From the NCBI GenBank assembly GCA_951406725.2, contig OX597829.1, positions 57,474,001 to 57,538,000 of the forward strand: DNA of 64,000 bases, given 5' to 3'. The position numbers and the translations under genes were made by a program. Source of the stretch: Octopus vulgaris. Taxonomy: Eukaryota. Shown in pieces: positions 58,930 to 64,000 of this stretch; the first letter of the stretch is position 1; each line of letters opens with the position of its first letter. Below the pieces are notes generated by a model that was not told where the DNA came from, did no database searches, and saw only the letters and a list, made by a program, of their open reading frames with translations.

Positions 58930-59745
58930 ACGTACATTCAAGAAGTTTCGAAAGTTTTTCAAGAGACATTTATTAATTTCAAAGAAGTCCGAAACTCTGA
59001 TCCCCTTCAAAGTAGGACGATCCTCTGACTCGAATGCACATGTAGCACTGCAGCCACTTCATGAAGGCTTCATGGAAGCCCCCTAAAGTAAGGGACCTTC
59101 GTCACCAGGGGGGGACCGCCAGGATTTTTGTCAACAGCCTCCTTCATCACGGAACAACCAAAAGTCACTGAGTCTGGACTGTAGGGGGTGGGGTGAAGGA
59201 CAGTTTTGATGCTCATCTCCATCAAGTCGTTGGTTACCAGGATGGAATCGTGGAATGGTGCGTTGTCCTGGTGCAGCTGCTCTGGCCTCTTGAGATGAAA
59301 TCACTTCCTGAACTCTCTCAAAACCCCAACAAGGTATTCTTTGCTGGTCACCTGGCCAGAAGGAATCGAGTGAATGTTGATGATGTTTTTTGTGGTCGAA
59401 AAAGTGAATCATTATGAGTATCCCTACTCGACTTACTTTGCCAACGAAAAACATTCTCGGTTCATACAAATGAACCCTACGACCAGTCTGGAGCATTTCG
59501 TAAGTTTCTGTATCGTTTTGTAGAGTGAACTTCCAAATTCTCTTGCATTCTGTAGACTAATCAACCGTGTTTAGTAGGGTGCGTTCGAAGTGCTGCTATA
59601 GCCGTCTCTCTCCTTTAATCTAGAATAATAAAAGTGGGCAGGTCCTATTATTAGATGTGTGTTGTGGAAGGATCCTGACCACCTCCACGTGACCGAAAGT
59701 GGACTGACGCATTTCAACAAAATAAAGAAACTGTATGAACTGTCA
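58930..59745 (-). mobile_element. Decayed mariner fragment
   Basis: Minus-strand LHQDNAPFHDSILVT..IKTVLHP..YSPD..DFWLF. Confidence 0.7.
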
Positions 59746-61027
59746 GTGGTTGACAGCGTTGAACGTCTGTATTGGTTATTGTGTCAGTCTAATGTCGTAA
59801 CTACGTTTCGAGTCGTACGGCGTGCGTTCTGTGTAAACATATTAACTCTGCTAAAAGTTATTCTAGATAACCATATACAAATATTTATTTGGCTAATATG
59901 CCCACTCTGTACAACTTTCGCCATAACCAATGTATAATAATAATATACTGAAATTACAATAATTGAGGACAGGTATTATAACTCTGTCTGTTACTAATGT
60001 GTCAAAACTTTAGGGATATGTATGTGTTTGTGTGTATGTTTGCATGCATTGTGTGTACGTATTTATATAGCAAACCGAAAGTTCGAAGTCATTGCCAACC
60101 TTTTCCTTGCGCCATAAATATGTAATCTGCTAAAAAAAAGTATTGAGTAATTATTCAGTTTAATATCAAATTGTTTTTCTTTTACAAATAACTTCACATA
60201 AAATCCAACATTATTACACACACGCAAACACACATTCATTGTAAGAATTCTAAAGCAACCGCAAATGGAAAATGTGTATGAAATTGTTTTGTGCATTGTA
60301 AACTTATTTTTAGAGACATTTCTTCTTTTCTCCCACGTATACCACAATGAAGCATCCTACTCCTCTTCATAGTTCTTGGTGCTTTTGTTAAAATTCTGTT
60401 ATTGACAAAAATATTTTTCTCACACTTCACATCGGGTATGGCTTTCGCCATATCGTGCTTTTCTTTGTATCTGCTGTCGTTACAAAGAGAGTATTTGGTG
60501 GTCCTTTACCGTTCGCTCTACAGGGCCATTTTATATTTTAACGAATGGGTCTATCTGCATTTCTACTCTTGACCACAGTTGACCGCTACAACTGCAAGAA
60601 CTTTATACTGCAGGACGATTAAAATCAAGTTGAATAATGTTGAATAATGATTTATTATTAATGTCTTTGACGATACTTTAGTCTGCATCTGTCAGTCGGA
60701 GCCCAGTTCGAGAGTTGCACTGTTTTGAGGATTGCAGAACCAGCTCTGCCCTGGCCTGGTGTTGTAGGAATGATTCATGCCGAGAGGTGCGTATTATATA
60801 AGTCCGTTCTCGTAATTGAAGATCTACCCGTTATTCTTTCACTTATTTTAAGACCACGCTGGAGCACTGCCTCCAAGGGTTGAGTCAAACAAATTGATCC
60901 CACTACATAAGTTTTTTTTCTCTCTAACCTCGTACTTATTCTATCGATATCTTTTTGCCAAATCACGAGATTATGGGGAATCAAAGAAACAAACGCTGAC
61001 TAGACACATATATATACATGCATACAT

Positions 61028-61067
<40 letters not shown>

Positions 61068-61364
61068 ACGCACACACACATACACGCACACAGATATGTT
61101 GTAAAGGAAAGGTTCCAATTTCCAGTGCTGCTCCGAGTAACGCTTTTCCGATCATCAGCTGGTTAATCGAGCCCGGTTTTCTTTTGAAAATACTCACTGT
61201 CTGAGTATTTTTTGAAATATGGAATCAAAGTTCGAAGGAAACGCTTATCCTTGCGTTCTTTCGTTTCAGAACCTTTGTGAACGACTCCGTGCAAGAACGT
61301 GCCAATAAAGTGAGAGAAAATATATCGGTTCAAAGCAATGTACTGGGTTGTGTGCGTGTGTGTT

Positions 61365-61402
<38 letters not shown>

Positions 61403-61533
61403 TGTGTGTGTTTGTGCGTGAAAGAGTATGTGTGTGTTTGTGTGTGAGTGAGTGTGTGCATGTGTGAGAAGGGGAGAGTGTTTTTGCGCGTGGTTGTATA
61501 GTACGAAACTTGCTTCCCATACATATATATATT

Positions 61534-61678
<145 letters not shown>

Positions 61679-61942
61679 GACAAATAAATATAAAATAAAT
61701 TAATACAAAATGAGAAAATTAATCTGAACTCTGGCTAGAAATTGAAAATAAACGAAACATACTGAAAATCAATCAAACATCAACCAACAGATAATACCCA
61801 ATCAATACTTTATTACACCATTACATAACAGTAAATTGACATTATACAAAATATATTGTAAATATAATTAGACAAGAACAGATGCAAATAAGCTAAAAAA
61901 TATAAAAATACAATTACATCATAGCTGACAGCTGTTTCCGCC

Positions 61943-61996
<54 letters not shown>

Positions 61997-62156
61997 GAAA
62001 GAACTTTGAAATAAGATTAAGATTATAATAAATATCACTGATAACACCAAATATATAGTGCGTGTGTTTTATTGGCATATATTCGAAATACAACAATATC
62101 TGTTTCAACACACGACTTCACATAAAAAATCTTGCACAACAAATATTTAAACGTAC

Positions 62157-62188
<32 letters not shown>

Positions 62189-62272
62189 TATATTCATATA
62201 TATATACAAATATATAAATATATATATGTGTGTGTGTGTATGAATGTAAATATGTGTGTGTATGCATGTATA

Positions 62273-62320
<48 letters not shown>

Positions 62321-62479
62321 CTAGCACACAGCCGTTTATTTATGCGTATATTCATTGGTAATTCATTCTGTTCGATAAACTCAGATAAACTTTAAAATAT
62401 ATTTCAGCCAAAACATGGCTCAGGCCGTGTCTAACAACACCGTGTAGGAAGCTATTTTTCAGACAAGTTTTTTTCGTAT

Positions 62480-63560
62480 CATGTCCCATTCAAGTAGGGA
62501 GTTGTTGTTGAATGGTATGTATTTAGTTATCTGGTATCCCTTGAAGAAATTCGTCCAAATTTCGTTTGAAGGTGATGGAGACTTTCTCTTTGATTTGTTT
62601 TGAGATAATATTAAATGGAGTAGGACCTGTTGAGGAAAGGAAAACGTGTTGCAGTGTATTTATGCGTTGTATGGTCTGGTTGTTTGGTAGGAGACGTATA
62701 TAATGTGGCTCCAGGCTTGGATTAATTCCAAGTTTGATGTTAAGGTCGTTTGTGAAATATTCTCCTTATTACGCAAATGATGTAGCGTTCACGGTGGTGC
62801 TGGAGGGAATAAAGATTCAATATTTTAAAATAGTTCCAATAATCAAGGTTGGTCGTATTTTTAGTGAATGGTGTCTGGGATGACTCAGTTCTCGTAATGT
62901 TCTGTTTGGTATGAAGAGACTACAAGGGAAGGAGGAGAAAAGGGGAATGATGACATTCAAGTCTCTAAAGTGGGAAGTTCTGAGGATGCAGGAGATTATT
63001 CTGAAAGCCATATCGATTTTATTGATGTCATTGGATTTCATGAATAGTTCTCTTGAAAAAAGAGAATATGATTGTGTGAGCGCATTCTCTTTTCTGAAGT
63101 GCATCAGTTCAAATTTTCCCTCATTTAACAACATGTGGTTTTTCTATCCACTAATTTACTGCAGATGAGACTGGAGTTTAATTCGGTCTTCCTATTGATA
63201 ATTTTTAAAAACTTAGAGTCATTTGCGAATATTTCTATTTTGTTGTACTTGAGATGTTGTTTATATGGACTACGAAGAGAAGTGGGCCCGAAACAGTCCA
63301 CTGTTGACTTTTGCTGGGCTTGAGTGGATGCAATCGACCAAACCTTGTTGGCTTCTAAGTAAGATAATCTGTTGATCTAAGTTACGTTTAAACCGGGCCC
63401 TAATTGCTCTCTCTGAATTTTATAAGAATATATCACCATAGTTCCATAGCTTTTGGAACAATGACACTGTCAAATGCGCATGAAGAATAAAAGCACATTC
63501 CTCCCATTTTTGCATTAGCTTTTTGGTAGCGAGAGTTTAATGAAACCTGCCTTTTTATTT
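62480..63560 (-). mobile_element. Decayed CR1/L2-like LINE RT fragment
   Basis: ILFANDSKF (a FADDTK derivative) and MLLNEGKFELMHF. Confidence 0.6.
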
Positions 63561-64000
63561 ATATTATTGCTATTTTCACCTGGTTTCTTCTTATGTAGCC
63601 TGTCATCATATTCAGAGAGACAAAAGCCACTTGGCCACCCTTAAGGATGATTGATGATAAACACGGTGACTTTATTTAAAATGAAGAAGAGTTGTGCACA
63701 GTCATCCTTGCTCTCACATTCTATGACCTTCTTCGATCCCGGGGTCAAGACCAGGTTGAGACAACTGGGATGGAGATGGACGCAGTGGATGACCAAGATA
63801 TCTTACCTCATCTTCATCCTCTCAACTCCACGCAATGATTTGCTACAGTCTTCCTCCCCGTTGAACTACGAGAGTTTCTACCACAGCGTTCACCGGACCC
63901 ACTCCTCAGATACATAGGCTGGCAAGTGCTAATATGCTGTTTAACCGATAGCTTGGACCCTGAAAGGTACTACGAACAACAGGGGCTGAGAGGTGTTTCC

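Overview
AT-rich, microsatellite-saturated eukaryotic DNA in which I find no supportable host protein-coding exon. The repeat inventory (tRNA-headed SINEs, RTE/Dong/CRE LINE fragments, Penelope-like elements, mariners, Helitrons, very long (TA)n/(CATA)n/(AAT)n tracts) resembles an octopus/cephalopod intergenic or intronic region; that assignment is inference. Almost all long ORFs in the track are microsatellite translations. The most notable signal is non-coding: at least five complete type-I hammerhead ribozyme folds (about 12057, 14382, 35120, 45917, 50193), plus degenerate or half copies. They combine a minimal, mostly palindromic stem III with a long stem II (about 45-75 nt), sit in unrelated sequence families, point toward (TA)n-type tracts, and are often built into long fold-back cassettes. 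This suggests a diverse population of ribozyme-carrying Penelope-like termini or retrozyme-like non-autonomous elements. Other highlights are a head-to-tail Helitron junction (57145/57146), a near-intact mariner with one frameshift (44161-45452), an RTE with twin-priming-like inversion, and R4/Dong elements stacked in phase in (AAT)n arrays. Folds and alignments were done by eye and most boundaries are approximate.
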